Assembly: GCA_041399065.1 (NCBI GenBank)
Contig: JAWKTN010000003.1
Span: 87,511-151,510 of the forward strand
Direction: 5' to 3'
DNA: 64,000 bases
Source of the DNA: Pirellulaceae bacterium
Lineage (GTDB): Bacteria > Planctomycetota > Planctomycetia > Pirellulales > Pirellulaceae
A program made the position numbers and the translations under genes. Position 1 is the stretch's first letter; every line of letters starts with the position of its first letter. The notes beneath the pieces are model-generated. The model searched no databases. It worked only from the letters and a program-made list of their open reading frames with translations, and was not told the origin of the DNA. Shown here in pieces: positions 37,512-47,612 of the stretch.

Positions 37512-37859
37512 TTAGACGGCTTCCGGGCCGCGCAATCCCGTATCAATTTGGATCGCTTCTGCCACCGGAGTGATGAAAATCTTGCCGTCACCGATTTCGC
37601 CGTCCGGCCCGGATCGCGCTGCTTGAACAACCGTGTCTACCGTGCGGTCGAGAAAATCGTCGTTGACCACAATCTCCAACACGACTTTCCGCAGAAACTG
37701 GATCTTGTACTCGTGCCCCCGATACGTCGCCGTCTGACCACGCTGACGCCCAAACCCTTGGGAATCACAAACCGTCAGTCGCTCGACGCTGACCTTCGAT
37801 AACGCAGCCAACACGGTCTGCAATTTTGGCGGCTGAATGATGGCGGTGATAATCTTCAT
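37512..37859 (-). CDS. glnB: Nitrogen regulatory protein P-II family (GlnB/GlnK-like)
   Basis: 115 aa from the internal Met: MKIITAIIQPPKLQTVLAALSKVSVERLTVCDSQGFGRQRGQTATYRGHEYKIQFLRKVVLEIVVNDDFLDRTVDTVVQAARSGPDGEIGDGKIFITPVAEAIQIDTG. The T-loop has RGHEY. The upstream 93 codons of the ORF-track ORF look non-coding. Confidence 0.85.
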   Translation of the reverse strand: MKIITAIIQPPKLQTVLAALSKVSVERLTVCDSQGFGRQRGQTATYRGHEYKIQFLRKVVLEIVVNDDFLDRTVDTVVQAARSGPDGEIGDGKIFITPVAEAIQIDTGLRGPEAV

Positions 37860-38159
37860 CGTAGGCGTTTTATCGTGAATGGAAACTCTCGTGCAGCGCA
37901 ACGTCCAAAATCCAGTACGGGCTGCTACAGCGTTGCTTAGCGCTTGCAACGTCGAATGCCATCGCCGGCATGTCGGCAAAGCAATTATAACCGAAAGCGA
38001 TCGGTTACGTCTGCTGCCAGAAAGGACCGTGTCGTCCGCAGCAAGAGCAAATCCCGTCCGCCGATAGCGGAAAGAAGCATCGGATGGTGGTCGGCAGACT
38101 CTCCCGGGGTTACAAGGGTCGCTCCCGACCACCACCACATCTGCTTGTTGTCCTGGCGA

Positions 38160-38774
38160 TCAGCGACTGAGCCGCTGCAATTCAGCCTTCACTAACGTTG
38201 CCGTCTCGGACGTGCCACCTGCAAGTTGAGCACGCCGATAATATTGTCGGGCCACATTCGTCCGGCCATCCGCTTCCGCTTGGCGCGCCATCTCCAGGAG
38301 ACGATCGACGTTCCGGCGACGCACCTCATCCCTTCGATTCTGCTTGGCCTGCTCACGGTCCGATAACTGCGGCTGGTCATCGACCGACAACAGCGATCCT
38401 GTCGAGCTGACGGTGTCCTTGCCCTGAGTCTGCTGGCTGGCCGCCAACATGGCTTGGCGCAACATCGCCTGCTGCATCTGCATTTGCATCTGCCGCTGCG
38501 CCAACTGATAGCCTTGCGTCATCCCATTGAGATACGCCGCTTGAGGGTACGCCAAACTGGGTGACGAAGCCGGGTAGCCCAACGCCGAAATCGTCGGGTA
38601 GACCAACCCTGTTGCGGTACCGGTCGCCGTTGCCGTCCCCGTCGGGACACTCCCTGTGCCTCCTCCACGTCCCCCCGAGCATTGCGCTAGGCTATGATGT
38701 GCACTGAAAACCGCAAGTCCCACAATCGCACCGATTCCAAGACAACTTGATTTCGCCCTCTGAAACATAAACAC
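38160..38774 (-). CDS. Hypothetical secreted Gln/Ala-rich protein
   Basis: 204 aa with a signal peptide, a Gly/Thr-rich linker and a Q/M-rich low-complexity region. No recognisable family. Confidence 0.4.
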   Translation of the reverse strand: MFMFQRAKSSCLGIGAIVGLAVFSAHHSLAQCSGGRGGGTGSVPTGTATATGTATGLVYPTISALGYPASSPSLAYPQAAYLNGMTQGYQLAQRQMQMQMQQAMLRQAMLAASQQTQGKDTVSSTGSLLSVDDQPQLSDREQAKQNRRDEVRRRNVDRLLEMARQAEADGRTNVARQYYRRAQLAGGTSETATLVKAELQRLSR

Positions 38775-38871
38775 TCCTCCTCTCGTTCTCTAACTCAACC
38801 CCTGTACCCTTGCCAATACCAAACCTCGCGTACCGTTGCACGTCGATCTCACCCCCTCTCTTGCCGCTTGC

Positions 38872-40704
38872 CTATCCGAAGTCCCGATTCCACATAGGAA
38901 TCGCGGCAAACAAAGCATCAACCGCTAGTACTGATCCGTTTTGCACGTGATGCGCTCCATCGTTGCTTATTGCTGCAAAGTATGCAGCGCGGTCTGGTGT
39001 CACTCCGTTGTGTGACACACGATTGGACCGCGCACGACTGGCGACCTCCGTGTTTGATGAAAACAGACTGCTGCCCAACCGGCGCAGCCTCGCGTGGATT
39101 GAATCTGCCGTGCCTCGACTCGACGCAGCGTTAGCGGCCCCGATGGCAACAACCGAAGAAGCTGATGATGAGGCTGATGCGGAAGCAGATGATGACGACA
39201 GTGCTGCGGCCGAGGCCACCGTTCGAGCTGCATTGACACCACCTCGTGCATCGGACGACCGCACCGACGTTGTCGCACCCGAGACGAGTATCGAACGCAA
39301 TTGACTGGCGGTCAAGTTCGGATTGGCTGACAATGCCAACGCGGCGACACCGGCCGCTTGCGGCGACGCCATACTAGTCCCACTGTAGATGGCGTAGCGG
39401 TTGTTGGCGACCGTGCTATACACCGACACTCCAGGTGCATCGATCTGAACGGCATTGCTGCTGCCAACTCGATTACTGAACCCCGCCACGGCACTCGACG
39501 AACTGTAAGCCCCCACGGACAACACGTTGCCGAGATTGGCACTATAGCGCGCCGGATAGTCCGGACGACTGTTGCCGCTATTGCCAGCAGCAGCGACGAC
39601 CAAGACATCGTGTTGACTGGCGTAATTGAGCGCCGCATACAAGACGCTACTGGCGAAACTGCTGCCAAGACTCAGATTAATGACGTCCGCACCGTTATCG
39701 ACCGCGTAACGAATTCCCGCGGCGACCGCCGTCAGACTTCCCGATCCATCGGTGCCAAGCACTCGCACTGGCATCAACGTCGCGTCGTAGGCAACTCCCG
39801 TCGCCCCTCGTCCATTCGCTTCGGCGGCCACAATTCCAGCAACATGCGTGCCATGCCCATTCGGATCGTCCGGATTACTATCGTTGCTCGCAAAGTCCCA
39901 ACCGTACACATCGTCGACATAGCCGTTGCGATCGTCATCACGACCGTTGCCTGGGATCTCGTCGGCATTGATCCACAGGTTGCCATCCAAATCGGGATGA
40001 TTCAGGTCAATTCCCGTATCCACAATGGCTACCACAACTCCGTCACCAGTATATCCTTGTGCCCAGACCTCCGGAGCTCGGACGGCGTTCACGCTCCAAT
40101 CGTTGCCGCCACCGTAGTAAGCAACATCGGGGAATTCTGCCGGAACCGTCGTCGTCGGAGTCGTGGTGGGACTGGTCACCGTGGGTGTCGTATCGGGTGT
40201 CGCGGGAGTGGTGGGGGACGTCGCCGGAGGCGTCGGTGCCACCGCCGGCTGCCCCGCAGAAATCGTTAATGAATACGTGCTCGAGAAATACCATCCGTAC
40301 GCATACACCCGGATAAAATACGTCCCGCCCGCAAGATCCACTGAGAGCGACTCCGGACGGGTACCCGAGTTAGTCGATTGGGCGACTACCTGGTACTGCG
40401 AATTGTAGATCCGCACATCCACATCGGCTTGCAAGCCCGTCAGCCCCAACTGCAATTTGCCAGCGTCGATTTGGAAGCGATAGAAATCATTGTAATCTCG
40501 CCGTCCCACCGAATCCGTCCTTTGTTCCGTACCCGATAGCTGACCCAGATTCTGCGCAACAGAAAAGTAATCGTCGAACACAAGTGGCTGCACCGTCGTC
40601 GGCGAGGCCGTCAATAATGCTCGGTTCTCTAGCAATTCACCAGCCAACACTCGTCGTCGGCGTTTCCATTGGCGATTCGTCTGCATCGATTGATTAGTCT
40701 GCAT
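38872..40704 (-). CDS. Secreted S8 (subtilisin-like) serine peptidase with an N-terminal Planctomycete LExRxLL motif and a PPC-like pre-domain
   Basis: Catalytic triad contexts VVAIVDTGIDLNHPDL (Asp), HGTHVAGIVAA (His) and GTSMASPQAAGVAALA (Ser). N-terminal RRRRVLAGELLENRALLTASP. Confidence 0.85.
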   Translation of the reverse strand: MQTNQSMQTNRQWKRRRRVLAGELLENRALLTASPTTVQPLVFDDYFSVAQNLGQLSGTEQRTDSVGRRDYNDFYRFQIDAGKLQLGLTGLQADVDVRIYNSQYQVVAQSTNSGTRPESLSVDLAGGTYFIRVYAYGWYFSSTYSLTISAGQPAVAPTPPATSPTTPATPDTTPTVTSPTTTPTTTVPAEFPDVAYYGGGNDWSVNAVRAPEVWAQGYTGDGVVVAIVDTGIDLNHPDLDGNLWINADEIPGNGRDDDRNGYVDDVYGWDFASNDSNPDDPNGHGTHVAGIVAAEANGRGATGVAYDATLMPVRVLGTDGSGSLTAVAAGIRYAVDNGADVINLSLGSSFASSVLYAALNYASQHDVLVVAAAGNSGNSRPDYPARYSANLGNVLSVGAYSSSSAVAGFSNRVGSSNAVQIDAPGVSVYSTVANNRYAIYSGTSMASPQAAGVAALALSANPNLTASQLRSILVSGATTSVRSSDARGGVNAARTVASAAALSSSSASASASSSASSVVAIGAANAASSRGTADSIHARLRRLGSSLFSSNTEVASRARSNRVSHNGVTPDRAAYFAAISNDGAHHVQNGSVLAVDALFAAIPMWNRDFG

Positions 40705-40753
40705 CGATTCGGATCCTTCTGTAAGTACATCGTCCTATCGTGTTAGGCCGGAG

Positions 40754-42097
40754 TTATTGCTGGTGGTAACGCGTCCACAGTTCGCTGACTTCGGCGTACC
40801 GCCCCGGCGCGCTGATTCCCAACTCGGCCGCAATTGCATCGGGAGTGGTTCCGGCGGCAAACAACGTACATACAGGCCATCCAGAGCGAACCTCCGTGCC
40901 CACGCTTGGGATGTCGCAAACCATTGGCCACGCTCCGCCGTCACCCCCCGTAACAACTCCCCCGCGTGACAGCACCTCCTCAAGAAACCGCGCTGAAACA
41001 ACGCCAGCACTCGGTGCGAAAAAAATCACCTTTCCCCAAATTTGCAGTTGATGATCAGCGGGAATCGGCCCCCGCTGCAACTGGTCATCTAGCGTGAAAC
41101 CGAGACACGCGTTGACATGATTTCGCACACACGACACTCCGGTCGTTCGCTCCCACAACTCCATCGATGCCGTGTATCGCGGATTCACCTCGACCAGCCA
41201 TATCCGTTGCTCCCCCATACGCGGCTGTCCCCCTTCCGGTTCGATGCCCGGTCCCAGGTGTGATTCGCGGTCCTCCTGATGCTCGAGCACACCAGGCTCG
41301 GAAACGATCGCGTCAATCCCGAATAGTCCTTGCAAGTCAAATCCATCTGCGATGATTGTCCCTAATTGCCACCACTGCTGGCATGTCGCAGCGTCCATCG
41401 ACAACGGTCCGCACGAACCAAGATACTGCCATGCCTCATCGCCAAAGCGATCCGCTGCTCGCCGATCGAAGAGATCTCGCCTATGCCACTGCCGAGTCAC
41501 ACCGAGCAGGTAACAGCCGTCGGACGTGGCCAAGTAGCTGGCCGCGTATGAACGCCCCGGCATCCACTGTTGAAAATAGCAACCTTCTTCAACCACATCG
41601 TCCGCCTCGTGCCTCGCCGCCGACAATCTTCGAACGCGGTTCCCCCCACACGACCGACGAGGCTTGCAGATCCACTCTCCTTCGCTCGGCAGATCGACAA
41701 TTCGTTCATAGACCTGCAGCGTGTTCCAATGGGCCGCCTGCAAGACGGTTGCCAGTCGTACCGGATCACGCACCGCGGTCAATGCCCCTTGATCGTTCCC
41801 CAACAACCGCGCCGCCCGCCCAATCTCCCCAACAACCAACGGATAATTCTCCAAACCGCCAGTGTACATACACATACACTCCTTAAGTTTCCGAGCGATA
41901 GGGAGGGCGGCGTGAGGGTAGTCGTGCGCGGCGAGCTGGCAGGTGCGAGCAATGGCGGCGAGATCACTGTCGGCGAATAGATCGACAGCAGTAACGGACA
42001 GGCCGGCGCGATGAGCCGATTGTGCCGCGGCACGGGCCGAGGCGCCGACGATCAGCAGGTGACGCGGGAACGATGGTGGGTTATTGGGTCGGTTCAT
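40754..42097 (-). CDS. ATP-grasp-fold protein, likely H4MPT-pathway associated (start chosen at the internal Met MNRPNNPP; the ORF extends to 42565)
   Basis: The pre-ATP-grasp Rossmann-like N-terminus (LLIVGASARAAAQSAHRAGLSVTAVDLFADSD) and C-terminal ATP-grasp-like core (IWLVEVNPRYTASMEL) are seen in the sequence. H4MPT-cluster orf5/orf7/MptN-type ligases are ATP-grasp enzymes. The gene is divergent from fae. The extra 156 N-terminal codons are low-complexity and overlap the tandem repeat array. Confidence 0.55.
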   Translation of the reverse strand: MNRPNNPPSFPRHLLIVGASARAAAQSAHRAGLSVTAVDLFADSDLAAIARTCQLAAHDYPHAALPIARKLKECMCMYTGGLENYPLVVGEIGRAARLLGNDQGALTAVRDPVRLATVLQAAHWNTLQVYERIVDLPSEGEWICKPRRSCGGNRVRRLSAARHEADDVVEEGCYFQQWMPGRSYAASYLATSDGCYLLGVTRQWHRRDLFDRRAADRFGDEAWQYLGSCGPLSMDAATCQQWWQLGTIIADGFDLQGLFGIDAIVSEPGVLEHQEDRESHLGPGIEPEGGQPRMGEQRIWLVEVNPRYTASMELWERTTGVSCVRNHVNACLGFTLDDQLQRGPIPADHQLQIWGKVIFFAPSAGVVSARFLEEVLSRGGVVTGGDGGAWPMVCDIPSVGTEVRSGWPVCTLFAAGTTPDAIAAELGISAPGRYAEVSELWTRYHQQ

Positions 42098-42171
42098 GGA
42101 GCGGATGGAACGGGAAGAATGCGACGGATCGAGGGGGGGAAACGGGAAGGAAGACCGTCCCCCATGGACAC

Positions 42172-42235
42172 CAATCTTGCGAGATGCCAATCCTGCGAGA
42201 TGCCAACCCTGCGAGATGCCAATCCTGCGAGATGA
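42172..42235. repeat. Four tandem copies of the 16-bp unit caatcctgcgagatgc in the fae / ATP-grasp divergent intergenic region
   Basis: caatcttgcgagatgc, caatcctgcgagatgc, caaccctgcgagatgc, caatcctgcgagatga. Direct read. Confidence 0.9.
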
Positions 42236-42430
42236 CGGTGGTCGCGACCGATTAGAATCTTCCAGCCACGCAGAATGTACCAGTGGGAAGCTGGCGAGTC
42301 TGGCTGCTGGCGGGGCGAGAAGACCGCAGGGGGCATTGAAAAGCCCGGACGGTTTGCTACGCTGATCGGTTTGTGTAATTTCGACAGCACAATCGACCAC
42401 TACATTATTTTCGCAAAAGGGGATTGAAAC

Positions 42431-42928
42431 ATGAGCATGTTTATTGGCGAAGCGCTCGCTGGTGACGGCAACGAAATCGCTCACATTGACCTGTTGATTG
42501 GCAGCAAGGACGGGCCGGTGGGCGTCGCATTCGCCAATGCCTTGGCTCGCCAAAGCGACGGCCACACCAATTTACTGGCCGTGTTGACTCCTAATCTAGC
42601 GGTAAAACCGTCGACCGTGATGATCACGAAGGTTACGATTAAGGGGATGAAGCAAGCGGTACAGATGTTCGGTCCGGCTCAGGCTGCGGTTGCCAAAGCC
42701 GTAGCGGACGCTGTGGGCGAGGGGATCATCGCCGAAAGTCAATGTGAGGATCTGGTGATTGTCTGCGGCGTGTTCATCCATCCGGCGGCTGACGACAATA
42801 AGAAGATCTACGACTTCAATTACCAGGCCACGAAAGAGGCGATCGCCAACGCAATGGCCGGCAAGCCCTCGGCGAAAGAAATGTTAGCTGGAAAGGACCA
42901 AGCCGACCATCCATTCAAAGGTTTCTAG
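42431..42928 (+). CDS. fae: Formaldehyde-activating enzyme (5,6,7,8-tetrahydromethanopterin hydro-lyase)
   Basis: 165 aa. EALAGDGNEIAHIDLLIG, AVQMFGPAQ and VCGVFIHP match conserved Fae blocks. Confidence 0.9.
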   Translation: MSMFIGEALAGDGNEIAHIDLLIGSKDGPVGVAFANALARQSDGHTNLLAVLTPNLAVKPSTVMITKVTIKGMKQAVQMFGPAQAAVAKAVADAVGEGIIAESQCEDLVIVCGVFIHPAADDNKKIYDFNYQATKEAIANAMAGKPSAKEMLAGKDQADHPFKGF

Positions 42929-43036
42929 TTCATAAAGGTTTCTCGTTCATAAAGGCTGTTCGTTTGTAAGGGCTTTCAATTTCAGGGGCACTTATTTTTA
43001 GAGGGCTGGAGAACGAAACGGTTCGACGCACGTGGT

Positions 43037-43082
43037 AACGCCCACCTGCCGGCTTTGGCGCCCGGTGGGTGGGCGTTTTTTT
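43037..43082 (+). terminator. Rho-independent terminator downstream of fae
   Basis: A 10-bp stem, aacgcccacc (43037-43046) pairing with ggtgggcgtt (43068-43077), followed by ttttt. Confidence 0.7.
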
Positions 43083-43100
43083 GGCAAAAGGAACAGAATT

Positions 43101-44021
43101 GTGGCTCAACCTAAAACCAGAATCCTGTTGCAGTTGGACAGTGACACGCAGGCCAGTTCATTTGACGCGGTGGTGGCGATCGATGCTGGCGTGGAGCAAC
43201 TGTTGCAGCATAGCAACGTTCGTCCGGACGAGGTCATGGGGCTGGTGCATGGCTTGATATTTACTAGGGGCCCGGCCGATTTGCAGCATTCGGCGGTGTT
43301 CGTTGGCGGTTCGAGCGTTGTGGCGGGCGAAGAAATATTCGGTCGGATTAAGAAGGCGTTCTTTGGCCCGCTGCGTGTGTCGATGATGTTCGATGCCAAC
43401 GGTTCAAATACAACAGCGGCGGCGGCCGTTGTCGCGGCTGCGCGACATGTGAATCTAGCCGGAAGTACATCTACGGTGCTGGCCGGGACGGGGCCCGTAG
43501 GTCAACGGATTGCCCGAATGATTGTCGCGGCGGGGGGCACGGCCAAAGTGGCATCGCGATCGTTGGAACGTGCCTCAACGGTGTGCCGTGCGATTGCCGA
43601 AACGTTGCAGCCCCAGAACCAGAACGACACGACTGAGTCACATCGCTTGATTCCGGTCGAGGCGTCCGACGCTCATTCGACGGCCGAAGCGGTTTCCGGC
43701 AGCGAATTGGTATTTGCTGCGGGGGCGGCCGGGGTCTGTCTGTTGCCACAAACAGTCTGGAACGCCGCCGAATCGCTGCGAGTAGCAATCGACTTGAATG
43801 CCGTGCCACCGCTTGGAATCGAGGGAGTCGACTACCTCGACAAGGGAGCAGAGCGTCAACATCTGGTCGCGTATGGGGCGGTCGGGGTCGGCGGAACAAA
43901 AATGCGAGTGCATACCGAAGCGATTCGACGATTGTTTTCGCGGAACGACTTGGTGTTGGACGCCGACGAAATCTTCTCACTGGCTCGCGAATTGGAAGTC
44001 CAGCGCAGCGGGTCCGGGTGA
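43101..44021 (+). CDS. mtdB: NAD(P)-dependent methylene-tetrahydromethanopterin dehydrogenase (MtdA/MtdB family)
   Basis: Start chosen at GTG 43101, after the terminator and an AAAGGAAC ribosome-binding site. The ORF-track ATG 43032 lies inside the terminator. Conserved blocks: FGPLRVSMMFDANGSNTTAAAAV, VLAGTGPVGQRIA and AVPPLGIEGVD. Confidence 0.8.
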   Translation: MAQPKTRILLQLDSDTQASSFDAVVAIDAGVEQLLQHSNVRPDEVMGLVHGLIFTRGPADLQHSAVFVGGSSVVAGEEIFGRIKKAFFGPLRVSMMFDANGSNTTAAAAVVAAARHVNLAGSTSTVLAGTGPVGQRIARMIVAAGGTAKVASRSLERASTVCRAIAETLQPQNQNDTTESHRLIPVEASDAHSTAEAVSGSELVFAAGAAGVCLLPQTVWNAAESLRVAIDLNAVPPLGIEGVDYLDKGAERQHLVAYGAVGVGGTKMRVHTEAIRRLFSRNDLVLDADEIFSLARELEVQRSGSG

Positions 44022-44089
44022 TGCACAAAAGCAGTTGGAACAGTATGCCGCAGTGGAAGTGAAGACCAGTGCCAATGATGGAATAGCCA

Positions 44090-44710
44090 ATGATGGAACA
44101 AATCCTACTCGAACAAATCGTCCTCGGGACTCGTAACAAAAAAAAGCGACGGGAATTGGAGACCCTTTTCCAGCCGTTGGGCATCCGCGTCGTCACGCTT
44201 GATGCATACGCGGACGCCGTTGAAATCGAGGAGGATGGTGATTCCTTCGCTGCCAATGCCGAGGCCAAGGCCGTACGACAGGCTCGGCACTTGGGCCAAT
44301 GGGTGTTGGGCGAAGACAGTGGTTTATGCGTCGACGCATTGAAGGGGGAACCGGGAATCTATTCCGCTCGGTTTGCTGGCGAGAACGCCACGGACGAAGA
44401 CAACAACCGGCTGCTACTTGAGCGGTTGGGGGGTGTGCCGGATGAGCGAAGGGGAGCGCACTACGTTTGTCACATGGCATTGTCCGACCCGGCGGGGCAC
44501 GTGCGAGTACGTTGCGAGGCCTACTGCGAGGGCTGGATCCGGCGTGAAGGCTCCGGCGTTGGGGGCTTTGGCTACGATCCCTTGTTTGAGATCCCCGAGT
44601 ACCATCGCACGTTTGGCGAATTGGGAGAGGCGGTCAAGAGCGTGCTGAGCCATCGAGCACGAGCAATGCGGCAATTCATCCCACAGCTGAAAGCCCTCCT
44701 GTGCAAATGA
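44090..44710 (+). CDS. rdgB: Non-canonical purine NTP pyrophosphatase (RdgB/HAM1 family)
   Basis: 206 aa. IVLGTRNKKKRRELETLF, GEDSGLCVDALKGEPGIYSAR and GFGYDPLFEIPE match the family. Confidence 0.9.
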   Translation: MMEQILLEQIVLGTRNKKKRRELETLFQPLGIRVVTLDAYADAVEIEEDGDSFAANAEAKAVRQARHLGQWVLGEDSGLCVDALKGEPGIYSARFAGENATDEDNNRLLLERLGGVPDERRGAHYVCHMALSDPAGHVRVRCEAYCEGWIRREGSGVGGFGYDPLFEIPEYHRTFGELGEAVKSVLSHRARAMRQFIPQLKALLCK

Positions 44711-44944
44711 GCGTCTCGCATCCGTTTCTCTGCCGCTGGACTGGCAACTTCCTCATCGATCGATGAGACACACGTGATAGCGGCCAGGCGATGTCGCCAT
44801 CGAATTGGCGCGAACCGCAAATGGCGTGGACGCTTTGGTTCGTAACGAATGGTTCGACCTAGTCTCATTGATGATCGCGCGTAATTCGGTTACATTACAG
44901 AGCAAATTGTAGGTGGTAGTCGACAAGTATAGATGGGAGGTTTC

Positions 44945-46264
<1,320 letters not shown>

Positions 46265-46490
46265 CAGCCTGCTACAATCTTCGTCCCCGGTAAGGTAACG
46301 CGTAAAGATCGATAAAGTCCGCACGGTTTCACATCGCCGGTTCGGATTGCGTTGTGGTCGGACGGGAAGGTGGTCGATACAAGGGAAAGCGATCGTAGCG
46401 TTCCCCTCCACCGTGCGCGCACGGTGATCGGGATGGCTCCGAGTGCGTCCCCCGCCCCTTCACGCATCCCACCGAACCGAGACCGGCTTT

Positions 46491-47537
46491 ATGAAATCGC
46501 ATACAACTCGGGCGTGCATCGCCTGCAGCCTGTTGCTGTTGTCCGTAGCCAGCGGAGCGGAAATAAGTGCCGCCGAAACGGAGGGCGTGCCCCCGGAGCA
46601 TGTATTGCATTTGACGCAGCAAGCCGCGGGGCTCAAGCCCCCGGTTATTACCGCTGTTTGCCTGCAGCCACATGGTCGCTTATTGGCGACGGCGGGAGAC
46701 GACCACATGGTTCGGATTTGGGACCGCCAATCCGGTTCGTTGCTTCGACAGATAGGCGGACATGACGATTGGATCCGAACGGCCGCGATCTCCCCGGACG
46801 GGCGTTATTTGGCAACCGCTGGAATGGACCGGCAGATTGTCATCTGCGACCTGCACTCCGAATCGCGCCCCCGATTACTTGGCCACACGTCCGACGCGGT
46901 CTGGTGTGTCACGTTCAGCCCGGACGGGCGTCACCTGGCTGTCGCTGGGTTTTGCCACCACGTCGATATTCTCAATGTATCGACGGGCCAGACCGTCCAG
47001 CGACTGAAAAACCCGCACTGCGACATGCGTACGATCGCCTACACGCCGGACGGAAAGCGCTTGCTCGCGGGGGGACGAAATGGCCGGGTCCGGAGCTGGT
47101 CGACAGTCGACGGATCACCGCTCCAGGACTGGATCGCCCACGAACGACGCGTCTGGTCATTGCTCGTCGACCGCCAGGGGGAGCGAGTCTTTTCCGCTGG
47201 CGAGGACGGACGAGTTCGCTGTTGGGACGCTCAGACCGCCAAGTTGCTGTTTGAATTGCCGAGAGAACCAGCGATCGTCATGGCGATCGCCATGGTCAGC
47301 GACTCAGTTCTGGCAACAGCGGGCAGCAACAATTCTGTCCGATTGTGGGATCTCGATTCGCTCCGGCAGATTGGCTCGCTTACCGGTCACACTGGATCCG
47401 TCGCATCGTTAGCAAGTAGCGACGGGCACTTGGCCTCCGGCAGCTACGATACGACGGTAAGGGTCTGGGACCTTTCAGACGTCTACGGTCATGCGAACGC
47501 CGAACGCCGCGATAGCCAAACCACCGACTCGCGATGA
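46491..47537 (+). CDS. Secreted WD40-repeat (beta-propeller) protein
   Basis: Signal peptide MKSHTTRACIACSLLLLSVASGA. Seven WD-like repeats are recognisable (e.g. VRIWD, IVICDL, VDILNV, VRSWS, VRCWD, VRLWDL, VRVWDL). Confidence 0.8.
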   Translation: MKSHTTRACIACSLLLLSVASGAEISAAETEGVPPEHVLHLTQQAAGLKPPVITAVCLQPHGRLLATAGDDHMVRIWDRQSGSLLRQIGGHDDWIRTAAISPDGRYLATAGMDRQIVICDLHSESRPRLLGHTSDAVWCVTFSPDGRHLAVAGFCHHVDILNVSTGQTVQRLKNPHCDMRTIAYTPDGKRLLAGGRNGRVRSWSTVDGSPLQDWIAHERRVWSLLVDRQGERVFSAGEDGRVRCWDAQTAKLLFELPREPAIVMAIAMVSDSVLATAGSNNSVRLWDLDSLRQIGSLTGHTGSVASLASSDGHLASGSYDTTVRVWDLSDVYGHANAERRDSQTTDSR

Positions 47538-47612
47538 TATAGACGCAGATACGATTCTGCCGGAGCCTGACAACAAAACGACACGGATGTGGTAAATACA
47601 GGGAGGTGGCAA

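Noticed and set aside
37860-38138. N-terminal 93-codon extension of the PII ORF
   Set aside because: The extension is Arg/Cys-rich and unlike any PII. A canonical 115-aa PII begins at the internal Met.
39358-40269. 303-aa plus-strand ORF inside the S8 peptidase gene; likewise 43471..44268(-) inside mtdB and 55306..55917(-) and 53634..54456(-) inside the P-type ATPase
   Set aside because: Antisense artefacts. The sense frames carry catalytic motifs.
42098-42565. N-terminal 156-codon extension of the ATP-grasp ORF, and the 43032 ATG start for mtdB
   Set aside because: The extensions run through a tandem-repeat array and an intrinsic terminator respectively. The downstream starts give family-typical N-termini.
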